NCBI GenBank assembly: GCA_963796685.1
Contig: CAWCMR010000021.1
Coordinates: 1 to 64,000 of the forward strand
Reading direction: 5' to 3'
DNA: 64,000 nucleotides
DNA from: an uncultured delta proteobacterium
GTDB lineage: Bacteria > Myxococcota_A > Polyangia > Fen-1088
Shown: one piece after another, positions 32,660-44,181 of the stretch
How the letters are laid out: every line of letters begins with the position of its first letter
Numbering within the stretch: the stretch's first letter is position 1
Made by a program: the position numbers and the translations under genes
Notes under the pieces: generated by a model
What the model was told of the DNA's origin: nothing
The model's input: the letters and a program-made list of their open reading frames with translations, nothing else
Databases searched by the model: none

Positions 32660-33871
32660 ATGACGAGAGGCCGATCAGTCGTTGTCGTGTTGCTATTCTT
32701 GGTCAACGCGTGCGGGCGTTGGGGACTGATGTCTGGGAATTCTGGCGCGGATTCCGGTTTGGGTGGCAATGGCGCAGGGGGCACCCCAAATACATACGGT
32801 ACCCGTGACAGCGGTGGTGTCAGCGGTTATGGCGGAGGGATTGGCGGCATCGCGAATACCGGAGGAGTCATCCACACTGGCGGCATGGTTGGCGCGGGTG
32901 GAAGCTCCGGCGGAGGTGGAACCAATCCAATGGGCGACTCGGGGACCATCGACAGCGAATGCAGCGGCCCCTGCTTGGCCAATCCGCCGTCCACAGCCCG
33001 GTGTCAAGCTGGTCGCTGTCTGGTTACGCTAGCCGCCGGAATGTCTCGGCCCTTTCGTATCAGCGTCGATGCCACTGCGGTCTACTGGACAAACAACTAT
33101 GACGGAACCGTGATGAAGGTGCCCGTGGACGGGGGAACACCTACGGTGCTTGCTTCCGGTCAAGCCCACCCCGCTGGTATTGCCGTCGATGCCACGAACG
33201 TTTACTGGGCCACTGACAACGACGTGAAGAAGGTATCGGTGGGGGGTGGGGCATCCACTGTGCTGAGCAGTTGGCAGGGCCAGGTCGTTGGGATCGCGCT
33301 GCATGCCACAAGCGTCTACTCGGCTGCTTATGACAACTTTTCTGCCCAGGTGACGAGCGTCTCCCTGGATGGAAGCAAGATCACGACGATTGCCTCCGTA
33401 GCCTCAGCGAGCGTCTGGAGCATTGCGGTCGACGCCACAAATTTCTACTGGACAGACAACCTCTATGGCGTCGTGCGCCAGGTACCCCTGACCGGGGGCA
33501 TTCCCATCGCCCTGTCTTCTGGTCAGGGCTCACCGAGTGGTATCGGCGTCGACGGTACCAGTGTCTACTGGACCGCTTTGTTTACGGACCCTACCACCGG
33601 AAACGGCAGTCTGATGAAGATGTCTCTCAGCGGAGGCTCGCCCACAACACTCGCCACCGGTAAGTCCCCGTCCGAGCTCGCTCTGGACGACGCGAGCGTC
33701 TACTGGAACGATCAGTCTGCCGGCACTGTAAACAAGGTGCCTCTGACCGGAGGCACGTCGGTCACCCTTGTCTCCGGTCCCGCAGGCTTGGGTGGCATCG
33801 CCATCGACGCCAACAGCGTCTACTGGACCAACTACATCAACGGCACGGTGATGAAGGTGACTCCGAAGTAG
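32660..33871 (+). CDS. Lipoprotein with Gly-rich linker and a beta-propeller of (I)AVD..VYW repeats
   Basis: Lipobox VNAC; about seven repeats such as IAVDATNVYW, GTVMKVP..GG. Confidence 0.75.
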   Translation: MTRGRSVVVVLLFLVNACGRWGLMSGNSGADSGLGGNGAGGTPNTYGTRDSGGVSGYGGGIGGIANTGGVIHTGGMVGAGGSSGGGGTNPMGDSGTIDSECSGPCLANPPSTARCQAGRCLVTLAAGMSRPFRISVDATAVYWTNNYDGTVMKVPVDGGTPTVLASGQAHPAGIAVDATNVYWATDNDVKKVSVGGGASTVLSSWQGQVVGIALHATSVYSAAYDNFSAQVTSVSLDGSKITTIASVASASVWSIAVDATNFYWTDNLYGVVRQVPLTGGIPIALSSGQGSPSGIGVDGTSVYWTALFTDPTTGNGSLMKMSLSGGSPTTLATGKSPSELALDDASVYWNDQSAGTVNKVPLTGGTSVTLVSGPAGLGGIAIDANSVYWTNYINGTVMKVTPK

Positions 33872-33885
33872 CTGCCGACGCGTCG

Positions 33886-34989
33886 TCAGTACGCGAATCG
33901 CCGAACCGAGACGTTCATCACCAGGCCAAGCGCCAGCATCACGGTGAGCGCGCTCGAGCCGCCGTAACTGATGAGCGGCAGGGTGACACCGACCACGGGC
34001 AGCACGCCGGTCACCATACCGATATTGACCGCGACCTGCCAGAAGAGCATCGACGCCACGCCCACGCACACGGTGATGCCGAACCGGTCGCGTGCCTCGC
34101 GGCCGATCTTCAGCACCCACAGCACCAGCAGGGCGTAGGCGAGCAGAACCGCGGTGCAGCCGATGAAGCCCCACTCCTCGGCCCACACGGCGAAGGGAAA
34201 GTCCGTCCACAAGGCGGGCAGCGAGCGCAGGCGAATCTGCGTTCCTTGCAAGAACCCCTTGCCGATGAAACGACCCGAGCCGACGGCGTTCATCGCCTGA
34301 CGCGGCTGCCAGGCCGTGGCCGGATCGAGCGCGGGATTGATGAAGGCCAGCACGCGGTTGCGCTGGTAGTCGTGAAGCGCATATTCCCACAGAGGCGCGA
34401 TGGCCAGCGCCCCCGCAACCACGATGCCGGCCAGGGTCTTCATGCGCAGACGTGCAATGACCACGACAGTCGCGGAAATGAGCCCGATGATGAGGGCGGT
34501 GCCGAGGTCGGGTTGGGCCGCGACGAGCAGCACGGGCAAGCCGGCCAAGAACAGCGGTACCAGGATGTGGCGCAAAGTGCGACCGTCAAGCGAAGGGGTG
34601 TCGTGAATGTATTTGGCGAGGGCGATGATGGTCAGCACCTTCATCAGCTCCGATGGCTGAAAGTGGAAAGCGCCCAGGTCGAACCAGCGGCGGGAGCCGC
34701 TGACCACTTTGCCGTGCACGAGCACCGCCACGAGCAGCACGATGCCGAAGCCGTAAAGGATGTAGCCGATGCGCGAAATGATCCGGTAGTCGAAACTGGC
34801 CACCGCGAGGAAAAGGAGAATTCCGCCAGCCAGCCACGAGAGCTGCTGCGCGAAGAGATTGAACTGCCGCTCGCGAACGGCGCTCCACAGATTGAGCAGA
34901 CCGAGGCTGAAGCACGCGGTCAGCGCAAAGGACAGGGTCCAGTCGAAGCGGAAGCGCAGCTTTCGCCACGACACGGATTTCGGCATCAC
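33886..34989 (-). CDS. rodA: Rod shape-determining protein RodA (SEDS)
   Basis: GSRRW, FQPSELMK, QPDLGTA, TDFPFAVWAEEWGF, LPLISYGGSS. Confidence 0.95.
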   Translation of the reverse strand: MMPKSVSWRKLRFRFDWTLSFALTACFSLGLLNLWSAVRERQFNLFAQQLSWLAGGILLFLAVASFDYRIISRIGYILYGFGIVLLVAVLVHGKVVSGSRRWFDLGAFHFQPSELMKVLTIIALAKYIHDTPSLDGRTLRHILVPLFLAGLPVLLVAAQPDLGTALIIGLISATVVVIARLRMKTLAGIVVAGALAIAPLWEYALHDYQRNRVLAFINPALDPATAWQPRQAMNAVGSGRFIGKGFLQGTQIRLRSLPALWTDFPFAVWAEEWGFIGCTAVLLAYALLVLWVLKIGREARDRFGITVCVGVASMLFWQVAVNIGMVTGVLPVVGVTLPLISYGGSSALTVMLALGLVMNVSVRRFAY

Positions 34990-37013
34990 TCGCCTCCGCC
35001 GGGCGTTGTCGAGGAAGACTGCTCGTCGCTGCCGACGCTGGCCGGCGCGGGCTTGGCGACCGGGCGCGCCTCGGCCACGGGCTTGTCCGCGGTGGCACTC
35101 AGGCGGCGCTCACCGCGGTGCGACACGTGCGGCGGGTTGCGCTCGTCGGGCGGAACCACGGTATCGAAGTAGTTCTCGACGATCTCCGCCGCGACAGGCG
35201 CCGCGACCGAGCCGCCGTGCCCGCCGTGCTCGACCAGGACCGCGAAGGCGATGCGCGGCTTGGCCGCTGGCGCGAATCCGGCGAACCAGGCATGGTCCAC
35301 GCGCTCGTAGGGAAGGGGCGGTTCGTCGCCGCCGCGCCGCCCCCCTTGGAACACCTGGGCCGTGCCGGTCTTGCCCGCGATCTCGATGCGCTTGGGCCGC
35401 GTCTTGTAGGCCGTGCCCTTCGAGTCGAAGACGACGCCGTAGAGCGCCCGGCGCAGAAAGGCCAACGATTCCTGCGACGCCGAGACCTCGCGCCGTACGC
35501 GTGGTGGGAACTCCTCGATGATTCGGCCCGAGGGCGATTCCACGCGCTCGACAATCTGGGGCAGCCACAGCTTCCCGTCGGAAGCGATGGCGGCGTAGAG
35601 CAGGGCCATCTGCAGCACGGTGACGCGCACCTCGCCCTCTCCGATGGCCGTGTTGAGCGCGTGCCCGATCACGAACCCTTCGTTTTTCTTGTCGATCAAG
35701 GCGCGGGCGCGGTGCCACTCCTCGGTGGGGATGAATCCGGCCTGCTCACCGTTGAGCCCGAGACCCGTCGGGGCGCCCAGGCCGAAGTCCGCGGCGTACT
35801 TGGCCATGCGGTCCATCATTCCGGGCCGGCCACCGAGGTCGTAGAAGAACACGTTGCAGCTCTGCACGATGGCGTCGTAGAGATTCACCGTCTTGTGCGC
35901 CTTGGTGCAATGGAAACGACGGCGTCCGACTTGAAGGTAGCCCCCGCACTTGACCTTGTCCTCGGGCACGATCACCTTTTCCTCCAACCCCGCCATGGCG
36001 GTGATGACCTTGAAGGTCGAGCCCGGGTTGAAGGTATCGGAGAGCGACTTGTCGAGAAACGGGTGCAAGCGATCGCTGAGCACGCGGGCAATGTTTTCCG
36101 CCGAAGCCCCACCGGACATCATGTTGAGGTCGAACGTGGGTTTGGAGGCGATAGCCAGAATGCGCCCGGTTTCCACGTCGATGACGACCACCGCGGCCGA
36201 GCGTACCGGGCGCAGGGCTCGTTCGACGATGCGCTGAAGATCGAGGTCGAGGGTCAAGATGACATTGTTGCCGGGCGAAGGCGACTGGCTGACGGGGCCA
36301 TCGGTGACCAGGTCGGAGATACGCACGTCGGTGCGGCGCAAGCCGCGCCGGTTGACCACGACCTTCTCGAATCCCTTCTGTCCACGCAGGTAAGGCTCCC
36401 ACTGCCGCTCGATGCCGGTGCGTCCGATGAGATCGCCGGCCTGGTAGCCTTCGTCCTTGCGGGTCTTGAGCTCTTCCCCCGAGATCTCGTTGAGGTAGCC
36501 GATGGCGTGCGCGGCGAGGCTGGTATAGGGGTAGTGGCGGCGCTGAACCGCCGCCACGTGGATGCCAGGCTTGTCGAGCGAGGTTTCGAGCTGGGCCATC
36601 ACGTCGCGGCTCACGTTCTCGGCCACCACCAACGTACGGTCCTTGCCTTTGGTGGCTTCGTCCTCGATGGCCTCCCAGGTCACCATCCGCTCCATGTCGG
36701 GCCCGAGCAGGGCGCGCAAATGATCGTACGACTCGCGCGTGATTTGCGAGGGTAGCACCTCGATGTCGTAAGACGGAACCATGGTGGCGAGCACCCGGCC
36801 CTTGCGGTCGCGGATCTGGCCTCGCGTCGCCGGCAAGGCGATGGTGCGGATGATGTTCTCCGCCGTCATGCGGTAAAAGTTGTCGCCCTCGACGACCTGC
36901 AGATAGAACAGGCGCACGCCGAGAGCCAGGAAAACCCCGGTTACGACCAGGGACAGCACCTGGCTGCGATGCCGTATCTCGGGGAGCTCTGCGTCCTGCC
37001 CTGCGATTTCCAT
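34986..37013 (-). CDS. mrdA: Penicillin-binding protein 2
   Basis: RGQIRDR, PGSTFK (SxxK), SCN, KTGTAQ, HAWF; between mreD and rodA. Confidence 0.93.
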   Translation of the reverse strand: MEIAGQDAELPEIRHRSQVLSLVVTGVFLALGVRLFYLQVVEGDNFYRMTAENIIRTIALPATRGQIRDRKGRVLATMVPSYDIEVLPSQITRESYDHLRALLGPDMERMVTWEAIEDEATKGKDRTLVVAENVSRDVMAQLETSLDKPGIHVAAVQRRHYPYTSLAAHAIGYLNEISGEELKTRKDEGYQAGDLIGRTGIERQWEPYLRGQKGFEKVVVNRRGLRRTDVRISDLVTDGPVSQSPSPGNNVILTLDLDLQRIVERALRPVRSAAVVVIDVETGRILAIASKPTFDLNMMSGGASAENIARVLSDRLHPFLDKSLSDTFNPGSTFKVITAMAGLEEKVIVPEDKVKCGGYLQVGRRRFHCTKAHKTVNLYDAIVQSCNVFFYDLGGRPGMMDRMAKYAADFGLGAPTGLGLNGEQAGFIPTEEWHRARALIDKKNEGFVIGHALNTAIGEGEVRVTVLQMALLYAAIASDGKLWLPQIVERVESPSGRIIEEFPPRVRREVSASQESLAFLRRALYGVVFDSKGTAYKTRPKRIEIAGKTGTAQVFQGGRRGGDEPPLPYERVDHAWFAGFAPAAKPRIAFAVLVEHGGHGGSVAAPVAAEIVENYFDTVVPPDERNPPHVSHRGERRLSATADKPVAEARPVAKPAPASVGSDEQSSSTTPGGGE

Positions 37014-37033
37014 CGGCGATAGAACCAGTGGGA

Positions 37034-37588
37034 TCAGCGATGGGGCATTCCTTGGCCGAGGGCACGCGCACGACGGCGAGCAAGCCCGACCCGCAGCAAG
37101 GCGGGATCGAGCCGTCCATCGAGCCTGGCCAAGAGCCACAACACCGGAGGGCCGGCCACGGCAGTCAGCAAGGCTTCGAGCGGCGCTTGGGAGAGACCGC
37201 CGTAGCCGCTCTCGGGACTGATCTGGGCGCGTACGACGACGATGAGAACGGCCGCGATGATGCTGGCCACGAACGACGTGGCGGCCTTGAGCACGATCCC
37301 GCGCACGGCCAGGCGCCAGGCCAGCACGCGCGCGATGAGGGCCAAGGTCACGAACACGAACGCGTGTACGCCGCGGGGCGCGCCCGAGACGAGATCGAAG
37401 AGGTAACCCATGCAGAACCCGACGACGACGGCCGAACCGGGCGACCACTTGAGTGGCGCCATGCCGACGTAGAGCACGACCAGGAGCCCGAGGCTTGGCG
37501 TCACCAGGTGCATGGGCGCGAATTCCATGACAGTGGACTGCAAGAGTAGAAGCAGGAGCCCGACGGCCAGCGTCGCCACGGAGCGCAT
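37034..37588 (-). CDS. mreD: Rod shape-determining protein MreD
   Basis: Hydrophobic 184-aa protein with GYLFDLVSGAPRG; between mreC and mrdA. Confidence 0.8.
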   Translation of the reverse strand: MRSVATLAVGLLLLLLQSTVMEFAPMHLVTPSLGLLVVLYVGMAPLKWSPGSAVVVGFCMGYLFDLVSGAPRGVHAFVFVTLALIARVLAWRLAVRGIVLKAATSFVASIIAAVLIVVVRAQISPESGYGGLSQAPLEALLTAVAGPPVLWLLARLDGRLDPALLRVGLARRRARALGQGMPHR

Positions 37589-38490
37589 CAGCGGTACACC
37601 GCGAGCCCGTGCGCGGGCGCCAGGGGTTTCTTGGAACCGGCTTCCGGATCGGCGGACGGCGCGGGCGCCACCACCACCAGGACCTCGGACAAGCGGGCGA
37701 AGTCCACGTCGGGCGTGATTTCGATGTCCTGGGTGAGGCCCGCGGCATTTCTCACGATCTTGCTGACCTTGCCGACGGGCAAATCGCGCGGAAAGCCGCC
37801 CAGCCCGCTGGTGACGGCAACGTCGCCTTCCTTGGCCTGCTCGCCTTGCATCAGGTATTCGATGGCGCAACGGTAGCCGTTTTCGCCAGGCTTGCCCTTG
37901 AGAATGCCGCGGCCTCCGGTGCGCGGCAGCACCACGTCGATGGCCGAGCGCGGATCCACGGACAGCATGATGTCCGAGGTTTCGCCGGACGTCCGGTTGA
38001 TCCGCCCGACCACGCCCTCGGGCGTAATCACGGGCATCCCGCGCTGAACCAAGCCCTCGCCGCGATCGAGCTGAATGCGAGCCACGCGGAAATACGGCGA
38101 GACGTCGATGGCAATCACGCGCGCCACCAGGGTCTCGGCGGCGACCGCATTGCGCAGGCCGAGGAGGTGCTGAAAGCGCACGCTCTCGGCCGCGCCGCGC
38201 TTGGCTTCCAGCAGCTCGGCACGCAGGTGCGCGTTGTCGTTGCGCAGCTTTTCGTTCTCCGCGCGGACGTGCACCAAATCCACGTAGCGGCCCGCCGCGT
38301 GTCCAATGCTGCGTGCGAGGGTGGCGAAGGTCGATTGCACGGGAGAAACCAGGGTCAGGATGCCGCGATCGAGCGGCGACAGGTATTCCGGCGAGTGCAC
38401 GCTCTCCCGAAGCAGGAAGAGCGACAACACGAAGGCGGCCGTGACAATCACGACCTCGCGGACTTTTTGCCTGTGGCCGGTGGAAAACAT
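37588..38490 (-). CDS. mreC: Rod shape-determining protein MreC
   Basis: ENEKLR coiled coil, GMPVITPEGVVGRI, VTSGLGG.P. Confidence 0.92.
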   Translation of the reverse strand: MFSTGHRQKVREVVIVTAAFVLSLFLLRESVHSPEYLSPLDRGILTLVSPVQSTFATLARSIGHAAGRYVDLVHVRAENEKLRNDNAHLRAELLEAKRGAAESVRFQHLLGLRNAVAAETLVARVIAIDVSPYFRVARIQLDRGEGLVQRGMPVITPEGVVGRINRTSGETSDIMLSVDPRSAIDVVLPRTGGRGILKGKPGENGYRCAIEYLMQGEQAKEGDVAVTSGLGGFPRDLPVGKVSKIVRNAAGLTQDIEITPDVDFARLSEVLVVVAPAPSADPEAGSKKPLAPAHGLAVYR

Positions 38491-38546
38491 CCTTCGTGAA
38501 TGGCGAATCTACGGCCCGCAAAGCGGGCGATCCACTGGAAACGCCG

Positions 38547-39635
<1,089 letters not shown>

Positions 39636-39714
39636 CTATTAGCACACCCTGGTCAGAATCGCTACGCTCCTGTCTCGGACATGCGAGAGTCGCCGGTACG
39701 CCCCGCGGCCAAGA

Positions 39715-41383
39715 CTATGGTCCACCGTGCGAAGAGGGCTGCGGCCGGGGCCGCTCCAGAGCGCGGGCCCTGGTCGCGGCGATGACCAGCATCTGCGCCA
39801 CGCTGACGGCGATGAGGCAACTCGAGAAGTAGTAGGTGGGGAAGGTCTGGTGCCAACCCCGCAAGGGGATCCAGGCATCGCGCAGGGGCTGCCAGCCCGT
39901 GAAAAGAAGGTAGCCGAAAAGCCCGGTCAGAAACATGAAGGCCGCGCCGAGCGCGCGCTGGGGCTTGCCGAGATCGGAGGCGAAGAACAGCAGGGGCACG
40001 CACAGGATCAAGTAGTAGTAGTAGGCCGCGCGGGTGAGCAGGAACACGAACACGAAGCCGAAGGCCACCACCTCGTGGTGTTCGAGCGCGCGAAGAAAGG
40101 CCAGGGCGGGCACGACAAGCAGGGCGAGCACGACGAGCTCCACCCCCTTGGTCAGCAAACCCACCGATTGTCCGGCGGCGAGCGCGGCGCCGGTCGCACG
40201 GACCGGGACGCCGTGAAGAAAGCGCGCCTCCGCGATGGTTCGGTAACCGAGATCCCAGTCGCTGCCGCCAGCGTAGTGCAGGGCGATCTTCGAGCTCCAT
40301 TCGTGCCAGATGGCGGTGCCGCCGAAGTAGGCGCACGAGGCCAGCACGACCACCGCCATGGTGACGGCACTCGCGACCAGCATGCTCAAGAGCCGGCGGT
40401 CGAGGTGACGGTCGCGAACCAGCTCAACCAGGAGCAGAGCCGCGGGCCCAAGCAAGAGAAGCCCCGGAAACACACGTGAAAGAGTCGCCCAGCCGAGCAG
40501 CGCGCCGGCGATTTTGTAGCGGCCCTTCTTGACCATGCACACGGCAAGGACCGAGCACATGGCGAAGTCGGTGCGCAGGAGCGCGCCTTTCAAGTGCCCC
40601 CACGACAGCAGGTAGTGCGTTCCGACGAACACGACCATCAACAGCGCGGCACGCACCCCGAAGGCCCACCCCACCGCCACCACCGTCCCCAAGAGCAGCA
40701 GCGGATCGAGCAAGAGCATCAGCCAGCGTCCGACCGGCTCGCGCACGGGGAGGTGCCGCGTAAGAAGCCCGCCCACCACGAACGACCACGCGGGCGTGCC
40801 GTTGTAGCCGTGGTCCATGAGGATCAGGCTCCAGCGTTTTTCGGGCAGGCTGCATCTTGAACCAGGCAATGTCCGCCACGAGCTCGCGCCAGCGTGCCTC
40901 GCTGAAGCGCTGCCGGTAGCGATTGGCCTCGGCCGCGACGGAAGCCACGTCGCGAACCTGTGCCGTCCCGAGGTCGCGAATCTCGCCGCGCGGATTGTGG
41001 TAGCGCAGCCCCGTTTCGGCGTCGGCCACGAGGGTCGCGCCGTAGAGGTCGGTGTAGCCCAGCTCGGGGGCGTACTTGGTGCCGACGTAGTAGTGGTAGA
41101 AGTCCCATTCGTTCAGGTAGGTGCCGTAACGAAAAACGCCGAAGTCGACGTAGGTCGCCACGGCGAGGACCGCCGCAGCGGCCAGCACGCCGATCAGGAT
41201 GAAGCGACCGAGCCGCTGCGCGTTTGCCGACAGGCGTCGCACGGCCGCGGGACTTTCGAGCGCGGCGACGGCGAGGACAGCCAGGATCGCAAGGACCGCC
41301 AGCACGCGCGTCGTGCCCCAGCCGTGGGTGGGAGCCCAAGAGCCGGGAAGCTCCGTCGGCCTCCAAGAGGCAAAGGGGTTCAA
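39715..41383 (-). CDS. Polytopic membrane protein, probable GT-C fold glycosyltransferase (GT87-like); frameshift near 40845; start uncertain
   Basis: EWDFYHYYVGTKY..ELGY loop and DHGYNGTP, then many TM helices and a YYY motif, across two overlapping ORFs. Confidence 0.55.
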
Positions 41384-41729
41384 TCGATCACTCCGCTGCT
41401 CGTCCTACGCACGGACCTTGTGCCAAGCATCGCTCATCCGACGCGCACAAGGCCAGCGTTTTCGCCGGGCAGCGCCGGCGCGAGCGCAAAAAACGGACCT
41501 TCCGCCTCGGCCGTTCGGATGAGTCCTGACCCCTACCATGGTAGGGGGGAGCCACATGAATTGGCCGCATCGGGCTTCCCGACTTTAGCGGGCGTGCTCA
41601 TTCCATCGGCCAGAGGCGGCTCCCAGTTCAATGCTTGTAGGGAAAAGAAACTTCGTCCGGGTCTCGAACCGCGCAGAAGATCCAAGGAAAAGCATGAACC
41701 CGGGAGCCAAGGCGGTCAAGGCCATGATG

Positions 41730-41807
41730 CGCGTGCGGAGCCTGCCGGGCTTGGCCGGCAGCGAGGCATCGCGGGAGGGTTTGGGAACCCTCCCAGGGTT
41801 CCCATTA
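41730..41807 (+). repeat. Modular intergenic repeat, copy 1 (no insert)
   Basis: CGCGTGCGGAGCC-hairpin-CATCGCGGGAGGGTTTGGGAACCCTCCCAGGGTTCCCAT, shared with 56611-56799. Confidence 0.65.
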
Positions 41808-41902
41808 CAGTCAATCTAGCCCGCCGCTCTCCCCGCAAAAGCCACTCGGACTGCTCGCGAAAGCTCGCAGGAGACGAAAGCTTGGTAAATAATGCGGGCT
41901 AA

Positions 41903-43012
41903 ATGCAAACCGGCATGCAAGCGAGCAGTCGCCTGGAAATCCGTCTGGCCGAGTTGGTTGCATTCGATACGCGCAATCCCGGCGGCGACGAGCGCGCCAT
42001 GGCCGAGTACCTCGCCCGCCGCTTGACCGCGCTCGGCGCGCGTACCACCGAGGTCTTCTCCAGCACCGGCCACTACTCGACTTTCGCGTGCTTCGGCGAG
42101 CGGGCACCGTCGCTCGTCCTCAACGCGCACCTCGACACCGTGCCGGCCAACGCCGGCTACAGCGCCAATCCGCTCGCGCTCGTCCGGCGCGGCGGCAGGC
42201 TGCACGGCCTGGGCAGCGCGGATACCAAGGGCGCCATCGCGGCCATCCTCGAGGCCCTCGACCAAACCAAAGCATCGGGAGCGACGCCGAATGGATTGGC
42301 CGTCTTGTTCTCCGGCGACGAGGAGCTTGGCGGGGGCTCCATCCGCGACTTCCTGGCCAGCGAGCGCAGCCGCGGTCTCGACCGCGCCATCGTGTGCGAG
42401 CCCACCGGCTGCCGCGTGGGGATCAGACATCGCGGGGTGTATGCGGCACGCATCGCAGCCACCTCGCCGGGTGGGCACTCCTCGCTGTCCGACAGCGTCC
42501 CAAATCCCCTCACCGCTCTCGCCCGCGCCGCCATCGCTCTCGACAATCTGGGGGTGCGCCACCGCGAGCTCGGCCCCGAGGGCTTGCGCGGAGTGTGCAT
42601 GAACATCGCCGCGCTCGACGGAGGCATGGCCTTCAACATCATTCCCGCGCGCACCACCCTGACCTTCTCCATGCGGCCGCCTCCCGGCGTCGAGCTCGAC
42701 GGCATCCTCGACGAGGCACGGGACGCGGTCCGCATCGCCGCGGCGCCGCTCGCCACCGCATGGGCGTTGGTGGCGAGCAATCCCGCGTTCGAGACGCGCG
42801 ACGTAGCGGGGTTCGCGCCGCTCTTGGGCGACCGAACGCTCAGCCCGGTGGCGCTGCCCTTCGGCACCGAGGCCGGTCAATTCGTGGAACAGGGCATCGA
42901 CGCCGTCGTGCTGGGGCCGGGGCGTGTCGAGCAGGCCCACAAGGCGGACGAGTACGTCGATCTCGACGAACTGGAGGAAGCTGTGCGAATCTTTCTTCAG
43001 GTCATTCGCTGA
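41903..43012 (+). CDS. argE: Acetylornithine deacetylase (M20 family)
   Basis: NAHLDTVP, GLGSADTKG, SGDEE, CEPT, GTEA, QAHKADE. Confidence 0.85.
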   Translation: MQTGMQASSRLEIRLAELVAFDTRNPGGDERAMAEYLARRLTALGARTTEVFSSTGHYSTFACFGERAPSLVLNAHLDTVPANAGYSANPLALVRRGGRLHGLGSADTKGAIAAILEALDQTKASGATPNGLAVLFSGDEELGGGSIRDFLASERSRGLDRAIVCEPTGCRVGIRHRGVYAARIAATSPGGHSSLSDSVPNPLTALARAAIALDNLGVRHRELGPEGLRGVCMNIAALDGGMAFNIIPARTTLTFSMRPPPGVELDGILDEARDAVRIAAAPLATAWALVASNPAFETRDVAGFAPLLGDRTLSPVALPFGTEAGQFVEQGIDAVVLGPGRVEQAHKADEYVDLDELEEAVRIFLQVIR

Positions 43013-44181
43013 TGGACCCCGACATCCTTCACCGCTTCCTCGAAAGCGTCGGCCAGAAGGCCGACGTCGATCTCTACCTCAAGCTCTTCCGCTCGCAACG
43101 CAAGGAAAGCTTCGCCATCATCGCCGCGGACGCGCAGATCGTTCGCGCCGCGCTGGACCCTTTCCACTTCGATCTGCGCATCCTGGCCGGTCTCGGGCTG
43201 TACCCTGTGGTCCTGGTCGGATTGCTCGACGCGCGCGACGCCGACAAGCAATCGCAGCGCATTCTCGAATGGCTGCTCGAAGATGAGGTCCCGGCCAGGG
43301 TCATCGGCTCGGGAACGGATCTGGCGCAGGAGATCCAGGCCAGCGTACGGCGGACCCTGGAAGAAAACACCATCCCCATCGTGTCGCTCGACGCCGCCAA
43401 GGAGCTGGCCATCGACGACCGCTTTCGCTTGCTGCGCACCCTGGCCGCCGGCCTCGAAACGCGCAAGATCATCTTCCTTTCCACCAGCTCGGGCATCGAA
43501 CGCGAAGGAGCGCCGCGCATCTCCCTGGTCAACCTGTCGGCCGACTACGAGCGCCTGCTCACCACCGGCGATCTTCCGCGCCGCCACGAATCGCTCCTTC
43601 GCCACGTCAAGACGCTGCTCGATCAGCTCCCGCAGCGCATGAGCGTCGCCGTGGCCAATCCCCTGCACCTGCTGCGCGAGCTGTTCACGGTCAGCGGCGC
43701 CGGCACCATGATTCGCAAGGGCTCGCGCATCGAGAAACACAGCGGTCTCGCGGCCGTGGATCGCGGCCGGTTGACCGAGCTGCTCGAGTCCGCGTTCGGC
43801 CGCGCGCTCGTTCCCGGTGCCATGGAGGACGGCGGGCTGCTGGTCGCGCAGTCCGAGCACGTGTACCTGGAAGAAAACTACCTCGGCGCCGCGCTCCTCG
43901 GCAACACGGACGTCGCGCCCTATCTCAGCAAGTTTGCGGTCATGCGGCAGGCCCAAGGCGAGGGCATCGGGGGCGAGCTCTGGTCCATGCTCACGCGCGA
44001 CTTTCCGGTGTTCTTCTGGCGTGCCATCCCGACCAACCCCATCGTTCCCTTCTACGCCAAGCAGTGCGACGGGCTGGTGCGTTTCCCCGACTGGCACGTC
44101 TACTGGCGCGGGCTTGCGCCGGACCAGATCCGGCCCGCCATCGAGTACGCCCTGGCTCTGCCACGCGCCTTCGTCACGTAG
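43012..44181 (+). CDS. N-acetylglutamate synthase/kinase-like protein (AAK-like + DUF619 NAT domain)
   Basis: LLRELFTVSGAGTMIRKG, YLSKFAV..QAQGEGIG, FFWR; translationally coupled to argE (TGATG). Confidence 0.8.
   Translation: MDPDILHRFLESVGQKADVDLYLKLFRSQRKESFAIIAADAQIVRAALDPFHFDLRILAGLGLYPVVLVGLLDARDADKQSQRILEWLLEDEVPARVIGSGTDLAQEIQASVRRTLEENTIPIVSLDAAKELAIDDRFRLLRTLAAGLETRKIIFLSTSSGIEREGAPRISLVNLSADYERLLTTGDLPRRHESLLRHVKTLLDQLPQRMSVAVANPLHLLRELFTVSGAGTMIRKGSRIEKHSGLAAVDRGRLTELLESAFGRALVPGAMEDGGLLVAQSEHVYLEENYLGAALLGNTDVAPYLSKFAVMRQAQGEGIGGELWSMLTRDFPVFFWRAIPTNPIVPFYAKQCDGLVRFPDWHVYWRGLAPDQIRPAIEYALALPRAFVT

Noticed and set aside
41405-41428. TGGCAC-containing possible sigma54 promoter on the minus strand
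   Set aside because: GG-to-GC spacing is 12 nt rather than 10.
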